Shown here: positions 18,719 to 28,581 of the stretch, piece by piece
How positions within the stretch are numbered: position 1 is the stretch's first letter
Layout: every line of letters begins with the position of its first letter
Source: Candidatus Woesearchaeota archaeon
GTDB taxonomy: Archaea > Nanobdellota > Nanobdellia > Woesearchaeales > WAPJ01
DNA length: 64,000 nt
NCBI GenBank assembly: GCA_047602765.1
Contig: JBLKOL010000001.1
Location: 2,273-66,272, forward strand
Direction: 5' to 3'
Notes under the pieces: model-generated
The model's input: only the letters and a program-made list of their open reading frames with translations
Told to the model about the DNA's origin: nothing
Database searches by the model: none
Translations under genes and position numbers: made by a program

Positions 18719-19231
18719 ATGAACATCTACACGCGTCGCGGCGACGGGGGTATGACGATGACCCTGTCGGGTTCGAAGCATCCCAAATCCGATCTGCTCA
18801 TTTGGCTTGGCGGATCGGTTGACGAGCTCCAGACGGCGCTCGACCGCGTGATATCCCAACTTGGCCGCGTCAAGCATCGTTCTCGGATCGAACGCGTACA
18901 ACACGTCCTCTGGCAGATCGCCGGTGAGCTGAGCCAACAGGGAACCGGAGGAACCGTGAAGGATCCGGTCTCTGATCGTGATACCGAGGAGCTCGAACGG
19001 TGGATCGACGAGGCGAAGTTAGACCTTGACGGCTTCGTCCGGTTCTCAACGCTCATCGCTGCTGACGTGTCTGAGGCGCGCGTGCGTGCTCGGCGCTTCG
19101 AGCGCATCCTCACGGACTACGCGCGTTCGAACGAGATCCGTCCCGAGGTGCGAGCGTATGCGAACCGTCTCGGTGACTATCTTTTCGCGCTCGCTGTCGT
19201 TCTCGATGCGAAGGTGCTCGTGCAGAAGTAG
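18719..19231 (+). CDS. ATP:cob(I)alamin adenosyltransferase, PduO/MMAB type
   Basis: MNIYTRRGDGGMT...GSVDELQTALD N-terminal signature. Confidence 0.85.
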   Translation: MNIYTRRGDGGMTMTLSGSKHPKSDLLIWLGGSVDELQTALDRVISQLGRVKHRSRIERVQHVLWQIAGELSQQGTGGTVKDPVSDRDTEELERWIDEAKLDLDGFVRFSTLIAADVSEARVRARRFERILTDYARSNEIRPEVRAYANRLGDYLFALAVVLDAKVLVQK

Positions 19232-19285
19232 AGTATTCTGAGTTCGGTTCAGAGACCGTTCTGCTGATGTGAATCCAACACACTA

Positions 19286-19390
19286 TCATCCGAGTTCTAC
19301 ATCGGAGCAATCATAGAAATATCCGCAGTTGGTGCACTTCACTTTGCAGTGGAGCGCTGAAAGTTCGAACGAACACCGTGGGCAGTACAT
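19286..19390 (-). CDS. Unannotated 34-aa zinc-ribbon mini-protein MYCPRCSFELSALHCKVKCTNCGYFYDCSDVELG
   Basis: CPxC ... CxxC cysteine pairs; TATA tttatag at 19412-19418, 22 nt upstream; below ORF-track size cutoff. Confidence 0.4.
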   Translation of the reverse strand: MYCPRCSFELSALHCKVKCTNCGYFYDCSDVELG

Positions 19391-19443
19391 GCTGTTCCGC
19401 GAATACCGCTGTTTATAGCGGTTGTGGGATGGTTCGTGCATCA

Positions 19444-19451
19444 CATTTAAG
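19444..19451 (+). promoter_or_regulatory. TATA box for ABC transporter operon
   Basis: catttaag about 30 nt upstream of ATG 19476. Confidence 0.5.
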
Positions 19452-19475
19452 AACCGTTTTCAGACCCGAGGTGGT

Positions 19476-20261
19476 ATGGTGACTCGGGTGAAACCTCTGC
19501 GTGCTCAGAGCACTGTAAAGAGCGCTGATTCGTCGGCGATCATCTCGCTGCGCGACGTCGAGAAGGTCTACGACCTCGGAGAGGTACAGGTCAAGGCGCT
19601 TCGAGGCGTATCGGTAGACGTAGCTCCAGGCGAGTTCATCACGATCATCGGAAAGTCGGGTTCGGGCAAGTCGACGCTCGTGAACATGATCGGCTGTCTC
19701 GATACGCCGACGTCCGGAGCGGTCTATCTCGATGGGCGTAACATCGCTGAGCTGGACGAATCGGACTTGGCTCAAATCAGGGGTCGCACGATAGGGTTCA
19801 TATTCCAGACGTTCAATCTTATGCCGACGCTCTCGGTCGCTGAGAACGTCTCGATCCCCATGGTCTTCCAGGGTACGGACGAGGAGGTCCGTGAGAAGCG
19901 CGTGCGTGAGCTCCTCGAACTCGTCGAACTCTCCGACCGCGTATCCCACAAGCCTGCAGAACTCTCGGGAGGTCAGCGTCAAAGGGTTGCGATCGCACGC
20001 GCCTTGGCGAACGATCCGAAGGTGATCCTCGCTGATGAGCCGACGGGCAATCTCGATTCGAAGACGGGCAAACAGATCATGCAGGCGCTCCTCTTGCTCA
20101 ACGAACAGCAGGATACGACGCTCATACTCGTCACGCACGATGACGATCTCGCTCAACTCGCACCGCGCACCGTCGTACTCGTGGACGGTACGGTCGGTGA
20201 GATAAGAACACGCAGTGCATCAGAGGTCAAGAAGAACCGCAAAGCGTTCTTCGGGGAGTGA
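19476..20261 (+). CDS. ABC transporter ATP-binding protein (MacB/LolD-type)
   Basis: Walker A GKSGSGKST, LSGGQRQRV, ILADEPTGNLD. Confidence 0.9.
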   Translation: MVTRVKPLRAQSTVKSADSSAIISLRDVEKVYDLGEVQVKALRGVSVDVAPGEFITIIGKSGSGKSTLVNMIGCLDTPTSGAVYLDGRNIAELDESDLAQIRGRTIGFIFQTFNLMPTLSVAENVSIPMVFQGTDEEVREKRVRELLELVELSDRVSHKPAELSGGQRQRVAIARALANDPKVILADEPTGNLDSKTGKQIMQALLLLNEQQDTTLILVTHDDDLAQLAPRTVVLVDGTVGEIRTRSASEVKKNRKAFFGE

Positions 20262-21502
20262 ATACTATGAAACAACGATGGATCATGATCGCGCTTGTGC
20301 TCGTCGTCTCGATGAGCATGGTAAGCGCCCTACAGTCAGTCTCACCGGATATCAGAATCACGCAGATCAGTCAGACGCCTGATCCTGTCGAACCAGGGGA
20401 TTACGTCGACCTGCGGTTCCGGGTCGATAACCTCGGTGCTCCTGCTTCGAGTTTCGACTATGAGATCGTGCTCGACTATCCGTTCAGCCTTGATCCTGGT
20501 GTTCCGCGCCGAATATCGGTCGGAACAGCAGACTACTACCGGGCGGCTGTCGGTGATGGTGCGACGATCTTCTGGCGTGTCCGCGTAGCATCGGATGCGG
20601 TTCCGGGCGATCGTAATACGGTTTCGATCCGCTTCTATCCTCGTGAAGGGGACGACCGAACGTTCGTCACAAAAGACTTCCCTGTTCGAATCGCGGCTCA
20701 GGAGGGTCTTCTCATCGTTCGCGATGCGACGATCAACCCTGAAGAAGTCGCACCGGGACGCCGATTCTCGGTATCGCTCGATCTTGAGAACCTGGGTACC
20801 TCTGCCATCCGTAATGTGAGGGTCACCTCGAACGTCGAAGGCACACCGTTCTCTCCCTACGGGTCTGCGAACGAGCGGCTCGTACGACTCATAGGATCTG
20901 AATCGACGAGATCCGTCGACTTCGAGTTCTTCACGTCGCCCGGCGTTTCGCTCGGTGTCGAGCGCCTTCCGTTCACGATCGCCTATACGGATTCGCTCGG
21001 AACGCAGTACACGCTTCCGGCTACTGTGGGCATTCCGATCGATGAGGCTCCTTCGTTCCTACTCAACCTTGAATCATCGAATGTCTACGTACCTGGTACG
21101 CGCGGTGAGGTGGTCGTGTCTGTGTCGAACACCGGTTCGAGCCCGCTCAACTTCGTTGTGCTCTCGCTTGCCGAATCCGATTCGTATGAGGTCATCGGTC
21201 AACGCCAAACGTACTTGGGTAACCTTCAAAGTGATGATTTCGAAACGGGCCAATTCCGCATATTTGTAGATGGTGATGCGGAGTCGCTCGATCTCGATTT
21301 CACCGTATCGTACCGAACAGCTTTCGGTGAACAGCGCGTCGATACGCGTTCGGTGAGCGTTCCGCTCTACACGCGTGAACGCGCCCAAGAGCTCGGGCTT
21401 GTGCCTGCGGGGAACGGCAGGGGTATGATCATGTTCGTCGTCCTGCTCCTCGTCATCGTGGGTGGCTTCGTCTGGTACAGGCGTAAGTGTAAGAGCCGTT
21501 AG
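20258..21502 (+). CDS. Secreted, C-terminally anchored protein with repeated Ig-like (CARDB / S-layer-domain-like) modules
   Basis: Signal peptide MKQRWIMIALVLVVSMSMVSA, repeated beta-rich ~100-aa units, C-terminal TM plus RRKCKSR. Confidence 0.7.
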   Translation: MNTMKQRWIMIALVLVVSMSMVSALQSVSPDIRITQISQTPDPVEPGDYVDLRFRVDNLGAPASSFDYEIVLDYPFSLDPGVPRRISVGTADYYRAAVGDGATIFWRVRVASDAVPGDRNTVSIRFYPREGDDRTFVTKDFPVRIAAQEGLLIVRDATINPEEVAPGRRFSVSLDLENLGTSAIRNVRVTSNVEGTPFSPYGSANERLVRLIGSESTRSVDFEFFTSPGVSLGVERLPFTIAYTDSLGTQYTLPATVGIPIDEAPSFLLNLESSNVYVPGTRGEVVVSVSNTGSSPLNFVVLSLAESDSYEVIGQRQTYLGNLQSDDFETGQFRIFVDGDAESLDLDFTVSYRTAFGEQRVDTRSVSVPLYTRERAQELGLVPAGNGRGMIMFVVLLLVIVGGFVWYRRKCKSR

Positions 21503-21504
21503 CG

Positions 21505-22707
21505 ATGTCGTTCGTCCTGCGGTTCGCGGTTCGTTCGCTGCGTGATCGCAGCGTGCGGAGCTGGCTGACGATCTCGGGTGTGATCGTATCGATCGCCGTG
21601 ATTTTCACGCTCCTCACGCTCTCGACGAGTCTGCAGGGTGCGGTGATCGAGCTCTTCGACCAGTTCGGCGCGAACAGGGTTCAGATCGCTCCTCGTGGCG
21701 GACTCGGTGGTGGTCCGACCGCGGTTGAACTGCTCGAGAACGACGTTCAGTTCGTCGAGCGTCTTCCGTACTTCGATCTCGTCTTGCCGTACCTGTTCGA
21801 AATGGCGTTTCCCATAACGTATCGTGGTACGACGGTGCGCACTGAAGTGATCGGTATTCCGACTGACCGTGCTGATGAGACGGACCGTTCCTACGCGTTC
21901 TCAGATGAGATTCCAGTAGGGCGGTGGTTCCAGCAGAACGAACGAGGATCCGTCATCCTCGGATACAACGTTGCGAATAACGTGAACGACCGCTGGTTCG
22001 GCCGTGAGATCCCATTGCGCACGAACATCCAGATCGGCAACGAATCCTTCAGGGTTATCGGAGTCTGGCGTGAGTTCGGAACGCCTGATGATAACCAGGT
22101 GTTCATCCCGCTCGAAGACGCGAGGCGTATCTTCGACGAACCCTATAAGGTGAGTATCATTTCGGCTGATGTGCGTGAGGGTCTTGATATCGACCGTGTC
22201 GCTGAGCAGACACTCAGGCAACTCGAGCGTCGCAAGGGAAGGGATACGGTGGTCATCCTCACTCCGGAACAGATCATCAGGCAGTTCAACACGATCTTCG
22301 GAACCGTGCAGGGGATCTTCCTCGGCATCGCTTCGATCAGTCTCATCGTCGGAGCGCTCGGCATCGCGAATACGATGTTCACGTCCGTTCTCGAACGCGA
22401 ACGCGAGATCGGCATCATCAAGTCTGTCGGAGCACGCAACAGTCAGGTGCTCGGTATCTTCATGGCCGAATCAGGACTCATCGGGTTGCTCGGAGGAATC
22501 GTCGGGGTCGTGCTCGGCGTGCTCATCTCGCTCCTCATCGGAGCGATCGCTGCAGCATCTGGGTTCGCACTGCTCACGATCAGGTTCTCGATCGAACACG
22601 TCATTCTCTCCCTTGTCTTCGCGACGATCGTCGGAATGCTCTCCGGCCTCTTCCCATCCTACATCGCGTCCCGCAAGAGGATCGTAGACACGTTGCGATC
22701 GGCATGA
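21505..22707 (+). CDS. ABC transporter permease, MacB/FtsX family
   Basis: N-terminal TM, large periplasmic-type loop, C-terminal FtsX domain with EREREIGIIKSVGA. Confidence 0.9.
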   Translation: MSFVLRFAVRSLRDRSVRSWLTISGVIVSIAVIFTLLTLSTSLQGAVIELFDQFGANRVQIAPRGGLGGGPTAVELLENDVQFVERLPYFDLVLPYLFEMAFPITYRGTTVRTEVIGIPTDRADETDRSYAFSDEIPVGRWFQQNERGSVILGYNVANNVNDRWFGREIPLRTNIQIGNESFRVIGVWREFGTPDDNQVFIPLEDARRIFDEPYKVSIISADVREGLDIDRVAEQTLRQLERRKGRDTVVILTPEQIIRQFNTIFGTVQGIFLGIASISLIVGALGIANTMFTSVLEREREIGIIKSVGARNSQVLGIFMAESGLIGLLGGIVGVVLGVLISLLIGAIAAASGFALLTIRFSIEHVILSLVFATIVGMLSGLFPSYIASRKRIVDTLRSA

Positions 22708-23882
22708 ACCTCTCGATCATCGTCATCCGTCAACTCTCCGAACGTAGGTTGCGGTCTGCGCTTACCATGCTCGGAATCGCGATCGGTATCGCAGCCCTCG
22801 TAGGTCTCATATTGCTCTCGAACGGATTGCAAGGAGCCGTTACGGGTCAGCTCGAACGCTTCGGTACCGATGAGATCCTCATCGCTCCCTTGGCGAGCGT
22901 CGGGGCGGGCGGTCCACAGGGAGTCGGCTCGCTCACGAGGAGCGATCTCGAAGTGGTGGAACGCATACCCCAGGTCGATCGTGTCGTGCCGCTCCTCGTA
23001 TCTCCACAGAGGGTCTCATTCGGTCAACAAGAACGGTTCCTCACCGTAAGAGGGACGGCTCCCGAAGAAGTCGAGGCGTTCCTCGGTACGGACCTCGCTG
23101 AGGGCAGGTATATCCGAGAGGCGGATTCGGGCGTGGTGATGATCGGAAGCCGTATCGCTGACGGAGCCTTCGATCGTGAGGTTACCGTAGGATCGCGTAT
23201 CAGGATCAACAACTCAGCCTTCCGTGTGATCGGCATTCTGATAGAAACCGGAACGCTTGAGGAGGATCGGGCGATCATCGTTCCGATCGATGACCTTCGA
23301 AGGGTGATCGGTGATCGTAATGCGCTCAGCGCAGCTCGCGCTATCATCACGCCTGGAGCGGATATCGAGGTCGTCGAGGCACGCGTCGCACGCGCTCTTG
23401 AACGCTACCGTGGAACGGATGATATCGGTACGACGACGGCTTCACAGATCATCGATCAGATCGGAGGGTTCCTCGGAGTCGTGAACGTTATTGTGTACAG
23501 CATCGCTGCGGTAAGTCTTGTCGTCGCAGGTATCGGTATCATGAACTCGCTCTTCACATCGGTATTGCAGCGTACGCAGGAGATCGGTACGATGAAGGCG
23601 GTGGGTGCGACGAATGCGCAGATACTCTACATCTTCATCTCTGAGTCAGCGCTCCTCGGCTTGTTCGGGGGAGTGCTCGGCATCGGATTGGGAGTCGGTG
23701 CTGCGCTCGGCTTCGCGGCTCTCTTCAACACGGCGGGCATCTATCGGCTTGTGATCGACGTCGAGCTCTCGCTTGTGATATCTGCCCTTGTCTTCTCGCT
23801 CTTGGTCGGTGTCTTCGCGGGTACGCTTCCTGCGCTGCGCGCATCCCGTCTCGATCCGGTCGAGGCGCTCAGGCATGAGTGA
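22704..23882 (+). CDS. ABC transporter permease, MacB/FtsX family (paralogue)
   Basis: Same architecture; RTQEIGTMKAVGA motif; ATGA overlap with the previous gene. Confidence 0.9.
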   Translation: MNLSIIVIRQLSERRLRSALTMLGIAIGIAALVGLILLSNGLQGAVTGQLERFGTDEILIAPLASVGAGGPQGVGSLTRSDLEVVERIPQVDRVVPLLVSPQRVSFGQQERFLTVRGTAPEEVEAFLGTDLAEGRYIREADSGVVMIGSRIADGAFDREVTVGSRIRINNSAFRVIGILIETGTLEEDRAIIVPIDDLRRVIGDRNALSAARAIITPGADIEVVEARVARALERYRGTDDIGTTTASQIIDQIGGFLGVVNVIVYSIAAVSLVVAGIGIMNSLFTSVLQRTQEIGTMKAVGATNAQILYIFISESALLGLFGGVLGIGLGVGAALGFAALFNTAGIYRLVIDVELSLVISALVFSLLVGVFAGTLPALRASRLDPVEALRHE

Positions 23883-24685
23883 TGGGACGCGCTCCTCAAC
23901 GAAGAGAACCGATGGAACGTCCGAACATACAGGCCGCTCGGATCGCGATGTTCGGCGCTGGATTCGTCGGCACACCGCTCCGAAGAAGGCTTGAAGCGCG
24001 AGGTCACACGGTGGATCTCTTCGGTCGTGATCGGTTCGATGCACTCGCTGATGAGGCTCCGGTGCTCGAAGGCTACGATGTGGTCATAAACCTGATCGGA
24101 ACCCCGATCGCTCCTCCATGGACACAACGCACGCGTCGGCTCATGCGCGATTCGCGCATACGCTCTTCGATCAAGCTTTCGGCTGCGGCTCGCGATGCGA
24201 AGGCTTTCTACGTCCAGTCGAGCGGCGTGTCTTCCTCGGGCTTTCTCGGCGCGCTTCGCGACGAGTGGGAGTCATCGATCGCCACTGATCATTCGGCCGT
24301 CTGTCGTTTCGGACTTGTCATCGGTGATGGAGGGGTGCTCGCAACGCTCACACCGCTCTTCCGTCTAGGGTTTGGAGGTGTCTTCGGTCGGGGTGATCAG
24401 ACCTATGCGTGGATACCGCTCGAACGTCTCGTCGACGAGCTCGTCAACATCGTCGAAGAGCGTCGCTGTGGAACCTTCGAGCTCGCACGCGAAGTGAGAG
24501 CACGCGAGTTCTATCGCAACATCGCCCGAGGACTCTCGCGTCCGTGTGTGTTCCGCTATCCCGAATGGCTGCTTCGCATGCTCATGCCGCGCTCTCATGA
24601 GGTGCTCACAGCCGGAACGCCGCTTTGTGATGGACTCGACTTCGACGATCGGATCGAAGAGGTGGTTCGGTCGGTTCGCAGCTGA
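23879..24685 (+). CDS. Epimerase-family Rossmann protein (YfcH/TIGR01777, DUF1731-like)
   Basis: MFGAGFVG...GHTV...VINLIG...PWTQRTRRLMRDSRI...GFGGVFGRGDQTYAWIPLERL collinear with the YfcH family. Confidence 0.7.
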   Translation: MMGRAPQRREPMERPNIQAARIAMFGAGFVGTPLRRRLEARGHTVDLFGRDRFDALADEAPVLEGYDVVINLIGTPIAPPWTQRTRRLMRDSRIRSSIKLSAAARDAKAFYVQSSGVSSSGFLGALRDEWESSIATDHSAVCRFGLVIGDGGVLATLTPLFRLGFGGVFGRGDQTYAWIPLERLVDELVNIVEERRCGTFELAREVRAREFYRNIARGLSRPCVFRYPEWLLRMLMPRSHEVLTAGTPLCDGLDFDDRIEEVVRSVRS

Positions 24686-24720
24686 TGCTCGAAGGATCTG
24701 CGAGTATTCAAGTCTTCAGG

Positions 24721-25467
24721 TTACGGTTCGATGAGCGTCTTGACTCGTGTGAGGAGGTCTTCGAGGTCTTCTATGGTGCTCTCTCCGGCGGTCCGTTCCA
24801 ATACGTCGAAGAAGTCTTCGGGTGCGTCGAACACAGGCGTGGTTCGTGCCTGTTCTCTGAACGCATCGTATCCGTACCGGTAGGTAAGTAAGATATTGTT
24901 GTGTGCCGCGATTGCCTTCGCTACGAACCACATCGCAGTTGCCTTGAGAAGCGTTCGTGTTACTGCAGAGCGAGCCTTGCGATGCTTGTCGATATTCCAC
25001 TCTGCGAGTCCGAGAGCGTCTCGTATGAGCTTCTTTCGCGCCCACTGAGGGAACGGTCGTGTTCGTATACTCTCGAGTGTTCCTTCAGGATTGTAGATGA
25101 CCTTGGCACTCGTGAGGAATTCGAGGTGGTGTTCGATGATCGTGTAGTTCGTGTGGTTGAACGCTTCTTCGAGTTCGTTCGCGTCGGTGAAGTTGAGTGA
25201 GACCTCGCCTTTGTCGGTCTGGAATGCTTTCGAGACGATGATGAATGCTCGCTCGAGTTGTGGCGCGACGTTGGCGGTTCGTTTCGGTTCGAGGCCGATA
25301 TCAGCTGTGAGTTCTTCGACGAGTCCGATGCTCGGAGACTCGTTAAGCAAGATGCCGAAGTCCCAGTCGCTCTCTTCGTTCGCATTCCCTTTCGCCCGGC
25401 TTCCGCCGAGGACGACTCCTCTCACGTGTGGGTGGTTCTTCGCCCATGACTCGATGAGACGCTCCAT
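24721..25467 (-). CDS. Pol-beta superfamily nucleotidyltransferase with C-terminal helical domain (KNTase/DUF4037-like)
   Basis: VVLGGSRAKGNANEESDWDFGILL (GS...DxD) motif. Confidence 0.75.
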   Translation of the reverse strand: MERLIESWAKNHPHVRGVVLGGSRAKGNANEESDWDFGILLNESPSIGLVEELTADIGLEPKRTANVAPQLERAFIIVSKAFQTDKGEVSLNFTDANELEEAFNHTNYTIIEHHLEFLTSAKVIYNPEGTLESIRTRPFPQWARKKLIRDALGLAEWNIDKHRKARSAVTRTLLKATAMWFVAKAIAAHNNILLTYRYGYDAFREQARTTPVFDAPEDFFDVLERTAGESTIEDLEDLLTRVKTLIEP

Positions 25468-25540
25468 AGGATGATCTCTTCATATGGTGGTTATAGCTCT
25501 TGTGGATAGGCTTCTAAAACCGAGCATACTTCATGATGCT

Positions 25541-26020
25541 ATGGCTGTTCGACCTGCACGTTCAGAAGATATCGCTCGCATCATCCCGATCGTCATGGAA
25601 TACGAGCGTGAGAGCGCATCGTACCTCTCAGAAGAGTATCGTGCGATCCGAAGGACGAAGGAGCCTCTCGATGAGCACTTGGCCCGGTCGCTCGAGAATG
25701 AAATCGTGCGAGCGGATGCGAGGTTCCTCGTGTATGAGGATGGTGGATCGATCGTTGGGTATGCCCATGGTATGATCCGGGATGACACGCATATGGTCTA
25801 TGATCGGCCAAGGTCCGGTGAGTTCTCGGAACTCGCGGTTCTCCCATCGCATCGCGGCAGAGGTATCGCGAGCGCTCTGTGGGATGAACTGCTCGATTGG
25901 TTCCGAGAAGAGGACTGCGCGTTCGTAACGCTCAGTGTGAACGCGAACAACCGAGCCCGTGCGATCTACGAGAAGTGGGGTTTCGATGAGTTCTACGTGC
26001 GGATGATCAAGAAGCTCTGA
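25541..26020 (+). CDS. GNAT family N-acetyltransferase
   Basis: LAVLPSHRGRGIASALWDEL (motif A) and ARAIYEKWGF. Confidence 0.85.
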   Translation: MAVRPARSEDIARIIPIVMEYERESASYLSEEYRAIRRTKEPLDEHLARSLENEIVRADARFLVYEDGGSIVGYAHGMIRDDTHMVYDRPRSGEFSELAVLPSHRGRGIASALWDELLDWFREEDCAFVTLSVNANNRARAIYEKWGFDEFYVRMIKKL

Positions 26021-26642
26021 GCTCGTCTGATTCGATCAAGCCGTTCTCGACGAGGAATCGTGATATCTGCTCGTACATCCACGCGTATCCGTGCGCATTC
26101 GGGTGGAGTCCGTCGTCGAGCATCTCGTGGTACGCTTCGTTGAGGAACGCAGCAAACATGTCGAGGAAGGGAACGTCGTGCGTGCGGGCAGCATCTTTGA
26201 GTGCTTCGTGATAGGTTCTCTGACGCTCGTTGGTGAAGCTCGTACCTTCATAGTCGAGGGAGAGCGATTCGTCGACCGGTGTGAGGCCGATCACACCGAC
26301 CGTTCCGTAGCGTTTCGCAATCGTGAGGATCGCGTTCATATTCTGGGTGAACGTTCCGATCAGTGTTTCGGGTGTGCTTCCATTGAGCCGTGCGTCGTTC
26401 GTTCCGATGGCGATGAGGATGCACGAGCGGTCGTCTTCGTACTTCGTGCGTGCCCGTGCACGCAGCTCTCCTTCGAGTCGTTCGAGCAGATCGTTCGTCG
26501 TATCACCACAGATGCCGAGGTTGTAGACGAAGCGATAGTCATCGTATTCGTAGGCGTTCTGGAGTCGTCCGCACCATCCACGGTTCGCTACATCTCCTTC
26601 TCCGAACGTGATGCTGTCGCCGAAGCAGATGATCGCATGCAT
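26007..26642 (-). CDS. SGNH/GDSL hydrolase
   Basis: ICFGDSITFGEGD block I, GTND block III, DGLHPN block V. Confidence 0.85.
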   Translation of the reverse strand: MHAIICFGDSITFGEGDVANRGWCGRLQNAYEYDDYRFVYNLGICGDTTNDLLERLEGELRARARTKYEDDRSCILIAIGTNDARLNGSTPETLIGTFTQNMNAILTIAKRYGTVGVIGLTPVDESLSLDYEGTSFTNERQRTYHEALKDAARTHDVPFLDMFAAFLNEAYHEMLDDGLHPNAHGYAWMYEQISRFLVENGLIESDELRAS

Positions 26643-26675
26643 GAGTTGTGTGAGGTATAGCGGCTTATATGCGTT

Positions 26676-27035
26676 TCATACGAACGGCACGTCGCTCGTG
26701 AATGAGCGGGGTTTCTTCTTGAAACGTTCAACGTCTCCGAAGGAGCGGAGCATCTTGATGTTGATCGTCCAGTACGCATCTGATTGTGGATTGGCAAATA
26801 TGATCCTCGATTCGGGGAGTTCGTCGAAGTGCGAGGCGACCCATGAGAGGTTCGCTTCGGTGTTGAGTGTGATGAGTACGTCTGCACTGTCGTGTTCGCG
26901 TGCGTCTTCGCTCACCAGATAGCGCTGGGTCTTCTTCGTCGTAACGTCGTATGCGGGTCCGTCCCCTTCGACCTTCCAACCTTTGAGTTTGCTGTTTCGG
27001 ATGAGGAACTGGCGACCCCACTCGGCTAGGTCCAT
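26676..27035 (-). CDS. Hypothetical protein (119 aa), divergent from herA
   Basis: ORF with its own TATA (cttataac 27059-27066) about 25 nt upstream; no motif recognised. Confidence 0.5.
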   Translation of the reverse strand: MDLAEWGRQFLIRNSKLKGWKVEGDGPAYDVTTKKTQRYLVSEDAREHDSADVLITLNTEANLSWVASHFDELPESRIIFANPQSDAYWTINIKMLRSFGDVERFKKKPRSFTSDVPFV

Positions 27036-27082
27036 CGCCTCGTTCGAGGAGTGGGTGCTTATAACCTTGCCGAGCCATGTTA

Positions 27083-27090
27083 TTTATAAG
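27083..27090 (+). promoter_or_regulatory. TATA box for herA-mre11
   Basis: tttataag about 26 nt upstream of ATG 27112; back-to-back with the 27059-27066 TATA of the divergent gene. Confidence 0.5.
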
Positions 27091-27111
27091 CGCCTTGTCC
27101 TCCCTCCTCGC

Positions 27112-28581
27112 ATGGTCGTCGGAGAGGTGATCGCGGGCTCGTTCGAGGGTATCATCGCCCGTGAGAAGGCGGGTTCGAACGTCGAAGTCGGAGAACTCCT
27201 CGTCACGGTCGGTGATCCTTCGCTCATCGTCCAAGTCACCGGTATCGAATACGCGTCGCAGTTGAGCCAGCAGAACCGCGAGCTCATCGCAGGGCTTCGC
27301 TTGGAGGATGATGCGCAGCTCAACTTCTTCGACCGTTCGCTGCGTACCTACAATGTGCTCAGCCTCAAACTCCTCGCCGAAATCTCAAATGGTATCCGCG
27401 TTGCGAAGCGTCTTCCGGCGATGTTCTGCGAGTTGCGGCGCATCACCGATGGTGACCTCGGCTTTCTCGTATCCGAGGGTGATGTGTTTGCTGGGCGCGT
27501 GCGTTCGGGTTCTCGGGTTCTCGAGACACCTCTGCGTCTCGATTCCAAGAACGTATTGAGCCATCATGTACTCATCGCAGCCCAGACAGGTAAGGGGAAG
27601 TCGAACCTGACGAAGTGTTTGCTCGTCGATTCGCTTGAGAACCGTTCGTTCGGACTGCTCGTCCTCGATCCTCATGACGAGTATTTCGGCCGTTCCGGCG
27701 TTGGTCTCAAAGACGCACGGTCTTCGAATCTCGCGTACTATTCGAGCCAGGATCATCCGTTGGCCCAGCCGTTGCGCTTCAGGCTCAGCGAACTGCGACC
27801 CGTGCATTTCAACGGCGTTGCGAACTTCTCTCAGGCGCAGCATGAGGCGATCGCTTCGTTCCGCAGACGCTACCGTGACCGGTGGGTCGAAGAGCTCTTG
27901 AGTGCTGATGACGATTCGTTCCATGAGGCGACGCTTCAAGTGCTCAAACGTCGGTTCTCCAACCTGCTCTCCCTCGGTCCGAGCCTTGAGCCTTCGGGCA
28001 TGTTCGTGCGCGAGTCCTCATCACTCACGAGTATTCTCGATGCGCTCGAAGAAGGGCGTACCGTCGTGATCGATACGTCGCTCTTCGCTGGTGCACAAGA
28101 ACTCCTCGTCGGCTCGATCATCACCTCGGAACTCTTACGCCGATACCGTTCGTACAAACGCAGGGGAATCGTCAAGCCCCAGGTGTCGATCGTCATAGAA
28201 GAAGCTCCGCGGGTACTCGGAAAAGCCGTGCTCGCTCACGGTTCGAACGCGTTCGAAGAAGTAGCTCGTGAGGGACGCAAGTTCGGCGTAGGGCTCATCG
28301 CGATCACCCAGGTTCCGAGCCTCATCCAGCGTGAGATCCTCGCGAACATGAACACGAAGATCATCCTCGGACTCGAGATGGCGCTCGAACGCAGTGCGGT
28401 GATCGAATCAGCGGCTCAGGACATCTCGGATCTGAACGGTGCGATCGCGAGTCTTGAGAAGGGAGAAGCGATCATCACCTCATCGTTCGTACGCTTCCCG
28501 ATGCCGATCGCCATGCCGCTCTTCGAAGAACTCCTGCCTGAGCATTCGCATCCGACGCCAGGCTCGAAGGTGCGGTTCTGA
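27112..28581 (+). CDS. herA: HerA-type (DUF87/FtsK-like) hexameric ATPase/helicase
   Basis: HAS-barrel-like N-terminus [14 protein letters not shown], Walker [11 protein letters not shown], Walker [11 protein letters not shown]. Confidence 0.85.
   Translation: MVVGEVIAGSFEGIIAREKAGSNVEVGELLVTVGDPSLIVQVTGIEYASQLSQQNRELIAGLRLEDDAQLNFFDRSLRTYNVLSLKLLAEISNGIRVAKRLPAMFCELRRITDGDLGFLVSEGDVFAGRVRSGSRVLETPLRLDSKNVLSHHVLIAAQTGKGKSNLTKCLLVDSLENRSFGLLVLDPHDEYFGRSGVGLKDARSSNLAYYSSQDHPLAQPLRFRLSELRPVHFNGVANFSQAQHEAIASFRRRYRDRWVEELLSADDDSFHEATLQVLKRRFSNLLSLGPSLEPSGMFVRESSSLTSILDALEEGRTVVIDTSLFAGAQELLVGSIITSELLRRYRSYKRRGIVKPQVSIVIEEAPRVLGKAVLAHGSNAFEEVAREGRKFGVGLIAITQVPSLIQREILANMNTKIILGLEMALERSAVIESAAQDISDLNGAIASLEKGEAIITSSFVRFPMPIAMPLFEELLPEHSHPTPGSKVRF

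Noticed and set aside
19413-20156. 247-aa minus-strand ORF over the ABC ATPase
   Set aside because: The plus strand has Walker A, Walker B and signature motifs, so the minus ORF is a shadow.
26983-27111. Upstream extension of the herA ORF (43 codons)
   Set aside because: It would span both divergent TATA boxes and overlap the 26676-27035 gene. ATG 27112 sits 26 nt after the TATA.
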